From: Escherichia coli
Lineage (GTDB): Bacteria > Pseudomonadota > Gammaproteobacteria > Enterobacterales > Enterobacteriaceae
Length of the DNA stretch: 64,000 bases
Assembly: GCF_022846255.1 (NCBI RefSeq)
Contig: NZ_AP025682.1
Strand: one strand, 5' to 3'
In this document: positions 19,490 to 31,180 of the stretch, one piece after another
Layout of the letters: every line of letters starts with the position of its first letter
How positions within the stretch are numbered: position 1 is the stretch's first letter
The notes under the pieces: generated by a model
Told to the model about the DNA's origin: nothing
The model's input: the letters and a program-made list of their open reading frames with translations, nothing else
Databases searched by the model: none
Program-made: the position numbers and the translations under genes

Positions 19490-21766
19490 TTAATGCGCTG
19501 CTTCCGCCTTGTGCTTTTGTGCACTCTGGAATCCGTAAGTCAGCTCATTTTTATCTTTATCCAGCGCAACCGTCACCTGACCGCCGTCCACCAGCGAACC
19601 AAACAACAGTTCGTTGGCGAGCGGTTTTTTCAGGTTGTCCTGGATGACACGCGCCATCGGACGTGCGCCCATTGCCCGGTCGTAACCTTTCTCGGCCAGC
19701 CAGTTACGCGCTTCCTGGCTCACTTCCAGAGAAACACCTTTCTGATCCAGCTGAACCTGCAACTCGACGATGAATTTATCCACTACCTGATGGATCACGT
19801 CGGTGGAGAGATGATCGAACCAGATAATGTTGTCGAGACGGTTACGAAACTCCGGCGTAAAGATCTTCTTGATCTCTTCCATCGCATCAGTGCTGTTGTC
19901 CTGGTGGATAAGACCAATCGATTTACGCTCAGTTTCTCGTACCCCAGCGTTGGTGGTCATCACCAATACCACGTTACGGAAGTCCGCTTTGCGTCCGTTG
20001 TTATCGGTCAGCGTACCGTTGTCCATCACCTGCAACAGAATATTGAACACGTCCGGATGCGCTTTCTCGATTTCGTCCAGCAGCAGTACCGCGTGCGGAT
20101 GCTTGATGACCGCATCGGTCAGCAGCCCCCCCTGATCAAAACCAACGTATCCCGGAGGCGCACCAATCAGACGGCTGACGGTATGGCGTTCCATATACTC
20201 GGACATATCAAAGCGCAGAAGCTCAATGCCCAAAGCTTTCGAAAGCTGTACCGTCACCTCTGTTTTCCCGACCCCGGTAGGACCGGCAAACAGGAACGAA
20301 CCGACCGGTTTATGTTCGTGACCTAAACCTGCACGCGCCATCTTAATGGCTTCAGTCAGCGCCTCAATGGCTTTATCCTGACCGAAGACCAGCATTTTCA
20401 GGCGATCGCCGAGGTTTTTCAGGGTATCGCGGTCACTCTGCGAAACACTCTTCTCTGGAATGCGCGCAATACGGGCCACCACGGACTCAATATCCGCCAC
20501 ATTAACGGTTTTCTTGCGTTTGCTTACCGGCATCAGGCGTGCGCGAGCGCCCGCTTCGTCGATAACGTCAATGGCTTTATCCGGCAGATGACGATCGTTA
20601 ATGTATTTCACCGCCAGCTCTACCGCTGCACGCACCGCTTTTGCGGTATAACGCACGTCGTGGTGCGCTTCATACTTCGGTTTCAGGCCATTGATGATCT
20701 GTACGGTTTCTTCTATCGACGGTTCAGTAATATCAATTTTCTGGAAGCGACGCGCCAGAGCACGGTCTTTCTCGAAAATGTTGCTGAACTCCTGATAGGT
20801 TGTCGAACCAATTACGCGGATTTTACCGCTGGAGAGCAACGGTTTAATCAGGTTAGCCGCATCGACCTGGCCACCAGACGCTGCACCCGCACCGATAATG
20901 GTGTGGATCTCATCAATAAACAGGATGCTGTTAGTGTCCTGCTCCAACTGCTTGAGCAACGCTTTAAAACGTTTTTCAAAGTCGCCGCGATATTTTGTGC
21001 CCGCTAACAGAGAACCGATATCGAGAGAGTAAATCGTACAGTCAGCCATCACTTCCGGCACATCGCCCTGAACAATTCGCCAGGCAAGCCCCTCCGCAAT
21101 CGCGGTTTTACCGACACCAGACTCCCCCACCAGCAGCGGGTTGTTTTTACGGCGACGGCAGAGAACCTGAATAGCACGCTCCAGCTCCTTCTCACGACCA
21201 ATCAGTGGGTCGATTCCGCCCACTCGCGCAAGCTGATTCAGGTTCGTCGTGAAATTCTCCATACGTTCCTCCCCACCAGCTTGTTCTTCGCTGTTTGGCT
21301 GGCTGCCAGGATCAGAAGACTGTGTCGGCTCGTCTTTACGCGTGCCATGAGAGATAAAGTTCACCACATCGAGACGGCTGACTTCATGTTTGCGCAACAG
21401 ATATGCCGCCTGCGACTCCTGTTCGCTAAAGATAGCGACCAGAACGTTTGCACCGGTAACCTCATTGCGACCGGAGGACTGGACATGGAAGACCGCACGT
21501 TGCAGTACACGCTGAAAACTCAGCGTCGGCTGTGTGTCGCGCTCCTCTTCACTGGCAGGCAGAACGGGTGTGGTTTGTTCAATAAAGGCTTCCAGTTCCT
21601 GACGGAGCGCAACCAAATCCACAGAACACGCTTCCAGCGCCTCCCGGGCAGATGGGTTACTGAGCAGCGCCAGTAACAAGTGCTCGACGGTCATAAACTC
21701 ATGACGGTGCTCGCGCGCTCTGGCGAAAGCCATATTTAAACTGAGTTCCAGTTCTTGATTGAGCAT
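19490..21766 (-). CDS. clpA: ATP-dependent Clp protease ATP-binding subunit ClpA
   Basis: ORF 19490..21781 trimmed to [24 protein letters not shown]...; two AAA+ modules. Confidence 0.95.
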   Translation of the reverse strand: MLNQELELSLNMAFARAREHRHEFMTVEHLLLALLSNPSAREALEACSVDLVALRQELEAFIEQTTPVLPASEEERDTQPTLSFQRVLQRAVFHVQSSGRNEVTGANVLVAIFSEQESQAAYLLRKHEVSRLDVVNFISHGTRKDEPTQSSDPGSQPNSEEQAGGEERMENFTTNLNQLARVGGIDPLIGREKELERAIQVLCRRRKNNPLLVGESGVGKTAIAEGLAWRIVQGDVPEVMADCTIYSLDIGSLLAGTKYRGDFEKRFKALLKQLEQDTNSILFIDEIHTIIGAGAASGGQVDAANLIKPLLSSGKIRVIGSTTYQEFSNIFEKDRALARRFQKIDITEPSIEETVQIINGLKPKYEAHHDVRYTAKAVRAAVELAVKYINDRHLPDKAIDVIDEAGARARLMPVSKRKKTVNVADIESVVARIARIPEKSVSQSDRDTLKNLGDRLKMLVFGQDKAIEALTEAIKMARAGLGHEHKPVGSFLFAGPTGVGKTEVTVQLSKALGIELLRFDMSEYMERHTVSRLIGAPPGYVGFDQGGLLTDAVIKHPHAVLLLDEIEKAHPDVFNILLQVMDNGTLTDNNGRKADFRNVVLVMTTNAGVRETERKSIGLIHQDNSTDAMEEIKKIFTPEFRNRLDNIIWFDHLSTDVIHQVVDKFIVELQVQLDQKGVSLEVSQEARNWLAEKGYDRAMGARPMARVIQDNLKKPLANELLFGSLVDGGQVTVALDKDKNELTYGFQSAQKHKAEAAH

Positions 21767-21796
21767 AGGCACCTCCCCCAATTTTTATGCCTGCAT

Positions 21797-22117
21797 TCAG
21801 GCTTTTTCTAGCGTACACAGCAATGGATGCTCATTCTCCCTCGCGTACTTGTTCACCATCGCCACTTTGGTTTCTGCAACCTCAGCGGTAAAGACTCCGC
21901 AAATGGCCTTCCCCTGGTAGTGAACAGCGAGCATCAATTGCGTTGCACGTTCTACATCATAAGAAAAGAATTTTTGTAACACGTCAATAACAAACTCCAT
22001 CGGAGTATAATCATCATTGACTAATATCACTTTATACATAGATGGCGGTTTTAGCGCGTCGCGAACTTTTTCTTCCGCCAGTTGATCAAAGTCCAGCCAG
22101 TCGTTCGTTTTACCCAT
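21797..22117 (-). CDS. clpS: ClpS adaptor protein
   Basis: 106-aa [50 protein letters not shown]... Confidence 0.95.
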
Positions 22118-22439
22118 TGTCAGTTATCATCTTCGGTTACGGTTATCGGCAGAACGCCCTGCCGCTGACAAGAGCTTATTTGCCTGACCAATCTACTCCA
22201 CATGATAGATAACTATCATCTATCGTTGGCATCAGCGACATCTGTCACATTCCTGTCAATAGCGTTAACTGCTTCAAATTTTTGATTCATACCTGCCCCC
22301 TGGCCCCTGTCAAATGCTTGACGGCTCGCCCTAATTCTCTAAATTGTATTTCTAGAGTTGGCGAGGTTTTGAACAGCCCCCTCTCTGACCCCGGTTTATT
22401 CCATCTTACTTGTATAAGATTTGCGAAGGATGTCGAAGC

Positions 22440-22664
22440 ATGGAAAAGGGTACTGTTAAGTGGTTCAACAATGCCAAAGGGTTTGGTTTCATCTGCCCTG
22501 AAGGCGGCGGCGAAGATATTTTCGCTCATTATTCCACCATTCAGATGGATGGTTACAGAACGCTAAAAGCTGGACAATCCGTTCAGTTTGATGTCCACCA
22601 GGGGCCAAAAGGCAATCACGCCAGTGTTATTGTGCCCGTCGAAGTAGAAGCGGCAGTCGCGTAG
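22440..22664 (+). CDS. cspD: cold-shock-like protein CspD
   Basis: ORF trimmed to MEKGTVKWFNNAKGFGFICPEGGGEDIFAHYSTIQMDGYRTLKAGQSVQF... (74 aa). Confidence 0.92.
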   Translation: MEKGTVKWFNNAKGFGFICPEGGGEDIFAHYSTIQMDGYRTLKAGQSVQFDVHQGPKGNHASVIVPVEVEAAVA

Positions 22665-22701
22665 CTCTTCTGTCTCATTGTGTACATCCTAAAGGCAAAA
22701 T

Positions 22702-22727
22702 GCCAGCCCGATCGGCTGGCATTTTTA
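22702..22727. terminator. bidirectional terminator between cspD and macB
   Basis: hairpin GCCAGCC-CGATC-GGCTGGC flanked by T-tracts on both strands. Confidence 0.5.
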
Positions 22728-22738
22728 TCCCAAACAAA

Positions 22739-24685
22739 TTACTCTCGTGCCAGAGCATCTACTGGATCCAGTCGTGCCGCATTTCGTGCGGGTAACCAGC
22801 CAAATAAAATCCCGGTGACCGTCGAGCAAAGAAACGCCAGCAGCAGTGCCAACGGTGAAAAACCAATCTCCCAGCCGGGTAAGAAAAGCTGCAAGGTGAA
22901 AGCAATTAACAGTGACAGTGTTATTCCCAACGCGCCACCAACCAGGCAAACCAGTACGGCTTCGATCAAAAACTGTTGCAAAACATCGCTTGCTCGCGCA
23001 CCTACAGCCATGCGAATGCCAATTTCCCGCGTCCGCTCGGTCACTGACACCAGCATAATATTCATTACACCAATACCGCCCACCACCAGCGAAATCACCG
23101 CAACCAGCGTCAGAAACAGTTGTAAAGTACGTGTGGTCTTTTCAACGGTTTTCAAGACGCCATCCATGTTCCAGGTAAAGAAATCCTTCTTACCGTGGCG
23201 CAGTGAAAGTAAACGCGTGAGTTGCTGTTCCGCCTCAGCGCTGTCAAAGCCTTCTTTCACCCTGACAGTAATGGAGTTCAGCCACGACTGCCCCATAACT
23301 CGCCCGGACATCGTGCTGTATGGCAGCCAGACACGCAGCACTTTACTGCTACCAAACATCGACTGTTTTTCTTCCGCCACACCAATGACTCTGGCGGGCA
23401 TATTGCCGACCAGAATCACCTCGCCAACCACATCTGCTTTATGGGGGAAAAGCTGGCGGCGAGTATTACTGTCGAGAACCACGACCTGCGCACGACCGTT
23501 CAGCTGCTCCTGATTAAAGGTGTTCCCTTCACTGAAGGTCATGCCATAGACATTAAAATAATCGCCGCTCACGCCATTGGCACTGGCAGCCACATCAACA
23601 TTGTTATAACGCAGGCGCAGGTTTTGCGAGACGGCGGGCGTGGCAGAGGCAACCCACGGTTGTTTTTGGATGGCGATTAAGTCGTCGTACTTCAGCGCCT
23701 GCTGATATTGCGGATCGTCATCGCCAAAATCTTTCCCGGGATAGACATCAATAGTATTCGTACCAATAGAACGAATATCCGCCAGCACCATTTGTTTAGC
23801 GGCGTCGCCCACCACGACAATGGAAACCACCGACGCAATACCGATAATAATCCCCAGCATGGTCAGTAAAGTACGCATTTTATTCGCTGCCAGCGCCCGC
23901 CATGCCATCGTCAGCGCCTCGTTAAAACCGCTGACAAACTGCCGCCAGCCAGACGCCGTGTTGACAACAGGTTCCGTTCCGCCAGTAGCATTCACTTTTT
24001 CAACGGCGGGAGGATTGCGCACAATTTCGCCGTCGCGAATTTCGATCACCCGCTCGGCCTGAGCAGCAACCTGCGGATCGTGGGTGACGATAATCACCGT
24101 ATGCCCGCGATCGCGCAGCTGATGCAGGATCGCCATCACCTCTTCGCCAGAATGGCTGTCCAGTGCGCCGGTCGGTTCATCGGCAAGAATTACCTGACCG
24201 CCGTTCATCAATGCCCGCGCGATACTGACGCGCTGTTGCTGGCCACCCGAAAGCTGTGCCGGGTAATACTCTGTACGGTCTTCCAGCCCCAGTCGTTGCA
24301 GTAACTCCTGGGCGCGAAGCAGCCGCTGTTTCCGCTCAAGACCGGCATAGACGGCGGGTACTTCAACGTTCTGCTCGGCGGTTAAATGCGAAAGCAAATG
24401 GTAACGCTGGAAAATAAAGCCGAAATGCTCGCGGCGCAGTTGCGCCAGCGCATCGGCGTCCAGCGTGGCAACATCCTGACCGGCGACGCGATAGGTGCCG
24501 CTGGTGGCCTTATCCAGGCAGCCGAGAATATTCATCAGGGTCGATTTACCGGAACCCGAAGCGCCGACAATCGCCACCATCTCACCGGCATAAATATCGA
24601 GGCTGATGCCCTTCAGCACCTCAACCTGCTCATCACCGGCAGGATAGCTGCGACGAATATCCTTTAATTCGAGCAAGGGCGTCAT
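22739..24685 (-). CDS. macB: macrolide export ABC transporter MacB (ATPase/permease)
   Basis: 648-aa ORF with N-terminal ABC ATPase (GASGSGKST) and C-terminal FtsX-like permease. Confidence 0.95.
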   Translation of the reverse strand: MTPLLELKDIRRSYPAGDEQVEVLKGISLDIYAGEMVAIVGASGSGKSTLMNILGCLDKATSGTYRVAGQDVATLDADALAQLRREHFGFIFQRYHLLSHLTAEQNVEVPAVYAGLERKQRLLRAQELLQRLGLEDRTEYYPAQLSGGQQQRVSIARALMNGGQVILADEPTGALDSHSGEEVMAILHQLRDRGHTVIIVTHDPQVAAQAERVIEIRDGEIVRNPPAVEKVNATGGTEPVVNTASGWRQFVSGFNEALTMAWRALAANKMRTLLTMLGIIIGIASVVSIVVVGDAAKQMVLADIRSIGTNTIDVYPGKDFGDDDPQYQQALKYDDLIAIQKQPWVASATPAVSQNLRLRYNNVDVAASANGVSGDYFNVYGMTFSEGNTFNQEQLNGRAQVVVLDSNTRRQLFPHKADVVGEVILVGNMPARVIGVAEEKQSMFGSSKVLRVWLPYSTMSGRVMGQSWLNSITVRVKEGFDSAEAEQQLTRLLSLRHGKKDFFTWNMDGVLKTVEKTTRTLQLFLTLVAVISLVVGGIGVMNIMLVSVTERTREIGIRMAVGARASDVLQQFLIEAVLVCLVGGALGITLSLLIAFTLQLFLPGWEIGFSPLALLLAFLCSTVTGILFGWLPARNAARLDPVDALARE

Positions 24686-25797
24686 TGCGCAGCTCCTGGT
24701 TTGGCCTCACCAATCACCACTTCATCGCCCGCTTCCAGCCCTTTGACAATCTCAACATCGGTATCGTTACGTGCGCCAATCGTCACTTCACGCTCGCGTG
24801 TTTCACCATTACGCAACAATTTGACTTTATAACGATTATCGCCAACCGGATCGCCTAACGCCGACAGAGGGATCGTCAGCACATTTTTCACATCGGTGAG
24901 CTGAATATGCACTTGCGCGGTCATATCCAGCCGCAGTAAACCATTGGGGTTGGGTACTTCAAAACGGGCGTAATAGAAAATAGCGTCGTTAATCTTTTCC
25001 GGCGTCGGTAGCACATCCTTGATTTGCCCCTCGTAGCGCGTCAGTGGATCGCCAAGCACCGTAAACCAGGCTTTTTGCCCCGGCTTCAGGTGGATTACAT
25101 CCGCTTCAGAAACCTGCGCTTTTACCAGCATGGTGCTCATATCTGCCAGCGTCAGAATGTTCGGTGCTTGTTGTGCGGCAATCACCGTCTGGCCTTGCAG
25201 AGTGGTGATTTGCGTGACTTCCCCGGCCATCGGGGCAACGATGCGGGTGTAATCGAGATTGGTTTTAGCCGTATCGAGAGAGGCCTGATTGCGCTTGATT
25301 TGCGCGTCAATGGTGCCAATTTGCGCCTGTTTCACAGCCATCTCCGTCGCGGCGTTATCGAGATCCTGCTGTGAAACCGCTTGCGTTTGTGCAAGACGTT
25401 GCTGACGGGAATACGTCACCCGCGCCAGTTTCAGCTCCGCTTCCGCCTGCTGCCGCTGCGCGCGTAGCTCCATCAGCGTTGCTTCCACCTCCTTGATCTG
25501 GTTTTCAGCCTGTTCAGGATCAATAACCCCTAAAAGCTGGTCTTTTTTTACTTTATCGCCAATCGCCACCGACAGCGTTTTCAACTGACCGCTGACCTGC
25601 GCGCCCACGTCAACCTTACGCAGCGCGTCCAGCTTTCCGGTCGCCAGCACGCTTTGCTGTAAATCACCGGGGCGCACAATCAGCGTCTGATAAGTCGGCA
25701 CCGGTGCGTTAAGAATTCTCCATAACGTAATCAGCCCGGCGATGACTAACACCATCGCAATAACGTAACGCTTCTTCACGGTTTTCCGCTTTTTCAT
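24682..25797 (-). CDS. macA: macrolide efflux periplasmic adaptor MacA
   Basis: ORF 24682..25824 trimmed to [18 protein letters not shown]...; 4-bp overlap with macB. Confidence 0.9.
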   Translation of the reverse strand: MKKRKTVKKRYVIAMVLVIAGLITLWRILNAPVPTYQTLIVRPGDLQQSVLATGKLDALRKVDVGAQVSGQLKTLSVAIGDKVKKDQLLGVIDPEQAENQIKEVEATLMELRAQRQQAEAELKLARVTYSRQQRLAQTQAVSQQDLDNAATEMAVKQAQIGTIDAQIKRNQASLDTAKTNLDYTRIVAPMAGEVTQITTLQGQTVIAAQQAPNILTLADMSTMLVKAQVSEADVIHLKPGQKAWFTVLGDPLTRYEGQIKDVLPTPEKINDAIFYYARFEVPNPNGLLRLDMTAQVHIQLTDVKNVLTIPLSALGDPVGDNRYKVKLLRNGETREREVTIGARNDTDVEIVKGLEAGDEVVIGEAKPGAAQ

Positions 25798-25911
25798 AAA
25801 TATTCTGAATACTCCATATGCCAATCCGGGTCATTAACTTCAACGAAATATCAACAAAATCCTAAAATTTACGTTAGTAATCACACTATTGATGTTTGGT
25901 TAAGATACGCA

Positions 25912-26904
25912 ATGGTGAAATCGACGTCATGTATAACCATTGATTTAATGAATATGTCGCAGCTAACTGAACGGACCTTTACGCCATCTGAATCTCTCAG
26001 CAGCCTGTCACTTTTTCTTAGTCTGGCACGTGGACAGTGTCGGCCGGGTAAATTCTGGCATCGCCGTAGTTTTCGCCAGAAATTTTTGCTGCGCTCGTTG
26101 ATTATGCCGCGTTTAAGCGTTGAGTGGATGAACGAACTTTCCCACTGGCCTAATCTCAATGTGTTGTTAACGCGCCAGCCGCGACTGCCTGTGCGTCTGC
26201 ATCGCCCTTACCTTGCGGCGAATCTTAGCCGTAAGCAATTGCTGGAGGCGTTACGTTACCATTATGCGTTACTCCGCGGGTGTATGTCGGCGGAAGAATT
26301 CAGCTTATATTTGAATACCCCCGGGCTGCAACTGGCGAAGCTGGAAGGCAAAAACGGCGAGCAGTTCACACTTGAGCTGACCATGATGATCTCAATGGAT
26401 AAAGAAGGTGACAGCACAATCCTGTTTCGCAACAGCGAAGGTATTCCTCTGGCAGAGATCACGTTTACCCTGTGTGAATATCAGGGGAAAAGAACAATGT
26501 TTATTGGCGGACTGCAAGGCGCAAAATGGGAAATCCCACATCAGGAAATCCAGAATGCGACGAAAGCCTGCCACGGGCTATTTCCCAAACGCCTCGTGAT
26601 GGAAGCGGCCTGTCTGTTTGCCCAACGTTTGCAGGTAGAGCAGATTATTGCCGTCAGCAATGAAACGCATATTTACCGCAGCCTGCGTTATCGTGATAAA
26701 GAAGGCAAGATCCATGCCGATTACAACGCGTTCTGGGAGTCGGTTGGCGGCGTATGTGATGCTGAACGTCATTACCGCCTTCCAGCACAGATAGCACGAA
26801 AAGAGATTGCCGAAATCGCCAGTAAAAAACGGGCTGAATACCGTCGGCGCTATGAGATGCTCGACGCTATTCAGCCACAAATGGCCACGATGTTTCGCGG
26901 TTAA
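25912..26904 (+). CDS. ybjX: DUF535/VirK-like protein YbjX
   Basis: 330-aa ORF in the recalled K-12 position between macA and ybjD; start not verified (alternative MSQLTERTF...). Confidence 0.75.
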   Translation: MVKSTSCITIDLMNMSQLTERTFTPSESLSSLSLFLSLARGQCRPGKFWHRRSFRQKFLLRSLIMPRLSVEWMNELSHWPNLNVLLTRQPRLPVRLHRPYLAANLSRKQLLEALRYHYALLRGCMSAEEFSLYLNTPGLQLAKLEGKNGEQFTLELTMMISMDKEGDSTILFRNSEGIPLAEITFTLCEYQGKRTMFIGGLQGAKWEIPHQEIQNATKACHGLFPKRLVMEAACLFAQRLQVEQIIAVSNETHIYRSLRYRDKEGKIHADYNAFWESVGGVCDAERHYRLPAQIARKEIAEIASKKRAEYRRRYEMLDAIQPQMATMFRG

Positions 26905-28559
26905 TCCGCGCGACCGCGCGCCAGCCACAGCACGCGTGAGAACATTTTTTTCAGCAGCGTCGGTACGGAATCCACACCACGACGTCCGGCCTCCATTGCC
27001 ACTTCAATGGCAAGATCGGGTTTGGAAGAGCGATGGATCGCTTTCGAGATAATTTTGCGCAGATTCATCGGTACATTTTCCGGGATTTGCGCCACGCGGT
27101 GGAACACATCGGAAAATCCCTGGCGATACATAAAATGTTCCATATCCAGCGCCGGTAACGCCGTTAAATGTTCTCGTTCGGCTTCCCGATCATTATTCAA
27201 CAGGCTGCGTACCGTAGCGGCATATTTCTTCCCTGCTTCATCGCCATCGACCAGTACATGCCATTCAATCCCCATTCGCCGGGCAAATTTAACCAGTGGC
27301 TTTAGCCCGGACTGGGCAAACTCAATGACCTTGATCCCTTCGGCATCAAAATGATGTCCGCACTGACGCGCCAGTTCATTGATAACCCAGGTTTCCGTTT
27401 CCCCTTCCACCAGCAGCCAACAGCGGGCAAACAGCGATGACGGACGGTTAAAACGAATGTGAAAGGAGATGCGTCGGCTATCTTCGGTACTCAAGCCACT
27501 CGGTCCCAGACGCCAGGCGGCAACGCGAGAGGACTCACGTACCAGTCGGCAAACATGCTCTACCGGCGTTAACGAAAGCAACTCTCCCGAGTTGGTAGTA
27601 GCGATGCGCTGCAATGGCAGAAGGTTCAACAGATGCCAGGCAACTGAAAGCATAATGGGGTGCAAACGGGTTTCTGGATCTTCGATCAGCAACAATGGAC
27701 GGGCGTCTTTATCCAGCCGCAATGTGCCTTTTGCCTGCAATAAAGTAGCAAACAGACCGAGCAAAATAACCCGATACGAGCGCCCACCAGGTCGGTCAAT
27801 CATCCGGTTGATGATATCCAGATAGCGCCAGCTTCGTTGCTCATTGCTGGCTCGCCGCCGCATTAAACGATATCGCGCCTGTCCGGCCCCCTGCTCAGAG
27901 AAATAATGCTCAAGCAGCTGTACCATTGCGGAAAGTCCCTGACGAATCTGTCCATCAGAGAGATTTTGCGGATGTGAGGACAACTCACGGGCGAGGAAAT
28001 CGAGCTGGCGCGCGGTGACTTCCACATTAGGGACATTTGGCACCGTGCCATTACGAATACGGCGCATAAAACGGGCATCACGCAAGCGCAGCACCGGCAT
28101 TAAACGCACCAGATGGCGTGCCTGATCGTTAATATCCTCGACATCAATCGGATGTCCGTCTTTATCGAGAAAACTGCGGAGTGTCATCACGCTGCCGTCT
28201 TCCGCACTCTCCCCTTCCAGACGATAAAAAATACGGTGATAGCCATCGGTGCATGGCGTCCAGCACGCTTCCAGTGGCCGATAGCGGCGTACCCGATGTC
28301 GGCCTGGCAGCGATTCGCGGAAGGTCAAAATAATATGCAGATGATGTTCCCGTCCGTTGATATCTCCCGGCGGGAACCAGAAATCGTCGCGCTCAAAATG
28401 GTAGAGATCTGATTCTGGCGATAGCAGCAGGGTTAAGGCGTCCAGCAAGCTGGATTTACCCCACGCGTTCTCCCCAATCAGGACGTTGTTTTGTTCCAGC
28501 ATCAACGACAAACGGTTGATACCGCGAAAACCCACAATTTCAACGCGCTCAAGAATCAT
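26901..28559 (-). CDS. ybjD: OLD-family ATP-dependent endonuclease-like protein YbjD
   Basis: 552-aa ORF; N-terminal AAA/ABC-type ATPase (GENAWGKSSLLDAL), C-terminal Toprim-like region. Confidence 0.85.
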   Translation of the reverse strand: MILERVEIVGFRGINRLSLMLEQNNVLIGENAWGKSSLLDALTLLLSPESDLYHFERDDFWFPPGDINGREHHLHIILTFRESLPGRHRVRRYRPLEACWTPCTDGYHRIFYRLEGESAEDGSVMTLRSFLDKDGHPIDVEDINDQARHLVRLMPVLRLRDARFMRRIRNGTVPNVPNVEVTARQLDFLARELSSHPQNLSDGQIRQGLSAMVQLLEHYFSEQGAGQARYRLMRRRASNEQRSWRYLDIINRMIDRPGGRSYRVILLGLFATLLQAKGTLRLDKDARPLLLIEDPETRLHPIMLSVAWHLLNLLPLQRIATTNSGELLSLTPVEHVCRLVRESSRVAAWRLGPSGLSTEDSRRISFHIRFNRPSSLFARCWLLVEGETETWVINELARQCGHHFDAEGIKVIEFAQSGLKPLVKFARRMGIEWHVLVDGDEAGKKYAATVRSLLNNDREAEREHLTALPALDMEHFMYRQGFSDVFHRVAQIPENVPMNLRKIISKAIHRSSKPDLAIEVAMEAGRRGVDSVPTLLKKMFSRVLWLARGRAD

Positions 28560-28984
28560 ATCCCCTCCAGAAATATGTGACTTATCCTTTACGCTGGCAG
28601 TATAACGGGAAAGGCCATGCTAATACGTGATGACATCACATTTAAGCATGGCAAATGTCTGAAAAATGAGCGAATAATCGCGTTATACTCCCTCTTGCTG
28701 ATAAGCCTGCAAAAACAACAAAATCAAATAATTAGCATGATAAATTATTTTTTATTACGCCTAAAGGATTAAATCTTTTGCTTGCACTACACTGTCAATC
28801 AGACAAATGACTATATGGGGCAACCCGCTGTTGCCCTAAATCAAATTTACTGGATTTATTTATCTGGTGAATGACTCGCCTTCGTTTTTAAAATAGCCGC
28901 GCATTATTTCCGTCGTCACTTTTTTACGACGACCCTATAAAACGACCATATTTTTCACAGGGTCAATTTTTAATTGAGGTGGAT

Positions 28985-29680
28985 ATGTTCAGAAAATTAG
29001 CAGCTGAATGTTTTGGTACTTTCTGGCTTGTTTTTGGTGGCTGTGGTAGTGCCGTACTGGCCGCAGGCTTCCCGGAATTAGGCATTGGTTTTGCCGGCGT
29101 GGCGCTGGCATTCGGTCTGACCGTTCTGACGATGGCCTTTGCTGTTGGTCATATTTCTGGTGGTCATTTTAACCCGGCGGTCACTATTGGTTTATGGGCT
29201 GGCGGACGTTTCCCGGCAAAAGAAGTCGTTGGCTACGTAATTGCCCAGGTTGTCGGCGGTATTGTTGCGGCGGCGCTGCTGTATTTAATTGCCAGTGGTA
29301 AAACGGGTTTTGACGCGGCAGCCAGCGGTTTTGCTTCTAACGGTTATGGCGAGCATTCGCCAGGCGGTTATTCCATGCTTTCCGCGCTGGTAGTTGAACT
29401 GGTATTGAGTGCAGGTTTCCTGCTGGTGATCCACGGCGCAACCGACAAATTCGCTCCTGCTGGTTTTGCGCCGATCGCTATTGGTCTGGCCTTAACCCTG
29501 ATTCACTTAATCAGTATTCCGGTGACTAACACTTCTGTTAACCCGGCGCGCAGCACCGCGGTTGCTATCTTCCAGGGCGGCTGGGCGTTAGAACAACTGT
29601 GGTTCTTCTGGGTGGTGCCAATTGTCGGCGGTATTATCGGTGGTCTGATTTACCGGACCCTGCTGGAAAAACGTAATTAA
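28985..29680 (+). CDS. aqpZ: aquaporin Z
   Basis: ORF trimmed to [24 protein letters not shown]...; two NPA motifs (NPAVT, NPARS). Confidence 0.95.
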   Translation: MFRKLAAECFGTFWLVFGGCGSAVLAAGFPELGIGFAGVALAFGLTVLTMAFAVGHISGGHFNPAVTIGLWAGGRFPAKEVVGYVIAQVVGGIVAAALLYLIASGKTGFDAAASGFASNGYGEHSPGGYSMLSALVVELVLSAGFLLVIHGATDKFAPAGFAPIAIGLALTLIHLISIPVTNTSVNPARSTAVAIFQGGWALEQLWFFWVVPIVGGIIGGLIYRTLLEKRN

Positions 29681-29998
29681 TTAGCATTGGCATTTTATCT
29701 GCCCTGGTTGTTTTATCTTCGACGTTACAAACCGCACGGGTGTTGGTGGCGTCAAAATCGCTGAAGCGTTCCCCGAAGGCCGGGGCAGCCCACATGGATG
29801 TGGGCTGAGGGCGCGTCTTACAGGGACGTTACCTCGCGCCCGACCCGGTAGCCGAAGGGGATAAGCTGAAGGTACCGCGCAGCGGCGATTTTGTTCGCCA
29901 GAGCCCGGGGGTGCAGGGGGCGGCGGCGACTGGCCGCCCCCTGCGCGCTCCCTGCGCCAGTGGCTTTATATGGCATTGCACATGAAAGGAGCGCAACA

Positions 29999-30037
29999 AT
30001 GCTAAACACTCATATAGAATTAAAAATCCCCCTCTGA
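29999..30037 (+). other. 12-codon mini-ORF (MLNTHIELKIPL) with a strong RBS inside a GC-rich structured intergenic element
   Basis: AAAGGAG 7 nt upstream of ATG; coding status unproven. Confidence 0.15.
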
Positions 30038-30137
30038 TGCATAACATTTCCTTTTAATTGCAACTTTACTCGTCCTTCCGCTTTCAGTAGTGTGTCATCG
30101 CGCATTTCGACTTCATCTTTGCAAGGACTGGGTTTTC

Positions 30138-31037
30138 ATGTTTTCTGGGCTGTTAATCATTCTGGTTCCCCTGATTTTGGGTTACCTCATTCCGCTTCGC
30201 CAAAAAGCTGCATTAAAAGTTATTAATCAGCTATTAAGTTGGATGGTTTACCTCATTCTCTTTTTTATGGGTATCAGTCTGGCGTTTCTCGATAACCTCG
30301 CCAGTAACCTGTTGGCGATTCTGCATTATTCTGCTGTCAGTATTACCGTTATTTTACTGTGTAATATTGCCGCCCTGATGTGGCTGGAGCGCGGTCTGCC
30401 GTGGCGCAACTACCACCAGCAAGAAAAACTCCCATCGCGTATTGCGATGGCGCTGGAGTCGCTAAAACTGTGCGGCGTAGTAGTGATTGGTTTTGCCATT
30501 GGCCTGAGTGGACTGGCTTTCTTACAACACGCGACCGAAGCCAGTGAATACACCTTAATTCTGCTACTTTTCCTCGTCGGTATTCAGTTGCGCAATAATG
30601 GCATGACCTTAAAGCAGATTGTCCTTAATCGCCGGGGAATGATTGTCGCCGTGGTGGTGGTTGCCAGTTCATTAATTGGTGGTTTAATTAACGCCTTTAT
30701 TCTTGATCTTCCCATCAATACCGCGCTGGCAATGGCCTCCGGTTTCGGCTGGTATTCTCTTTCCGGTATTTTATTGACCGAATCTTTTGGTCCTGTAATC
30801 GGGAGCGCGGCGTTTTTTAATGATCTGGCCCGTGAGCTGATTGCTATTATGTTAATCCCTGGGCTGATTCGCCGTAGCCGCTCTACTGCACTGGGCTTAT
30901 GCGGTGCGACGTCGATGGATTTCACCCTGCCCGTTCTTCAACGTACAGGCGGGCTGGATATGGTCCCGGCGGCGATTGTTCACGGTTTTATTCTTAGTCT
31001 GTTAGTGCCGATTCTCATCGCCTTTTTCTCTGCATAA
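30138..31037 (+). CDS. lysO: lysine exporter LysO (YbjE)
   Basis: ORF 30090..31037 trimmed to MFSGLLIILVPLILGYLIPL... (299 aa). Confidence 0.88.
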   Translation: MFSGLLIILVPLILGYLIPLRQKAALKVINQLLSWMVYLILFFMGISLAFLDNLASNLLAILHYSAVSITVILLCNIAALMWLERGLPWRNYHQQEKLPSRIAMALESLKLCGVVVIGFAIGLSGLAFLQHATEASEYTLILLLFLVGIQLRNNGMTLKQIVLNRRGMIVAVVVVASSLIGGLINAFILDLPINTALAMASGFGWYSLSGILLTESFGPVIGSAAFFNDLARELIAIMLIPGLIRRSRSTALGLCGATSMDFTLPVLQRTGGLDMVPAAIVHGFILSLLVPILIAFFSA

Positions 31038-31180
31038 TACCTCTCTGGCGGTAGATCTCTGCCGCCAAAATTGCGCTAAATCAATCTCCCTTAAAGTTGC
31101 ATTAAAAATCTCTTTTATCCCCGCGTTAAGCGTCTTAACCTTAAACATGTATATTAAATATAACTTTAAAAGGTGTGATC

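Noticed and set aside
19493-21676. Plus-strand ORFs of 102-277 aa inside clpA (19493..20326, 19827..20135, 20588..21007, 21281..21676)
   Set aside because: Antisense to a confidently identified, fully intact clpA; typical shadow ORFs
22680-24667. Plus-strand ORFs inside macB (22680..23513, 23222..23680, 23820..24062, 24080..24304, 24386..24667)
   Set aside because: Antisense shadow ORFs within macB
29818-30047. Two overlapping minus-strand ORFs (63 and 72 aa) in the GC-rich aqpZ-lysO element
   Set aside because: Lie on GC-rich palindromic sequence, with Ala/Arg/Gly-rich translations and no RBS; most likely non-coding
31038-31180. NsrR/FNR operator upstream of hcp
   Set aside because: hcp is recalled as NsrR- and FNR-regulated, and partial palindromes are present (TTGCATTAAAAATC; AACATGTATATTAAATATAAC), but neither matches the consensus well enough to call without a matrix scan
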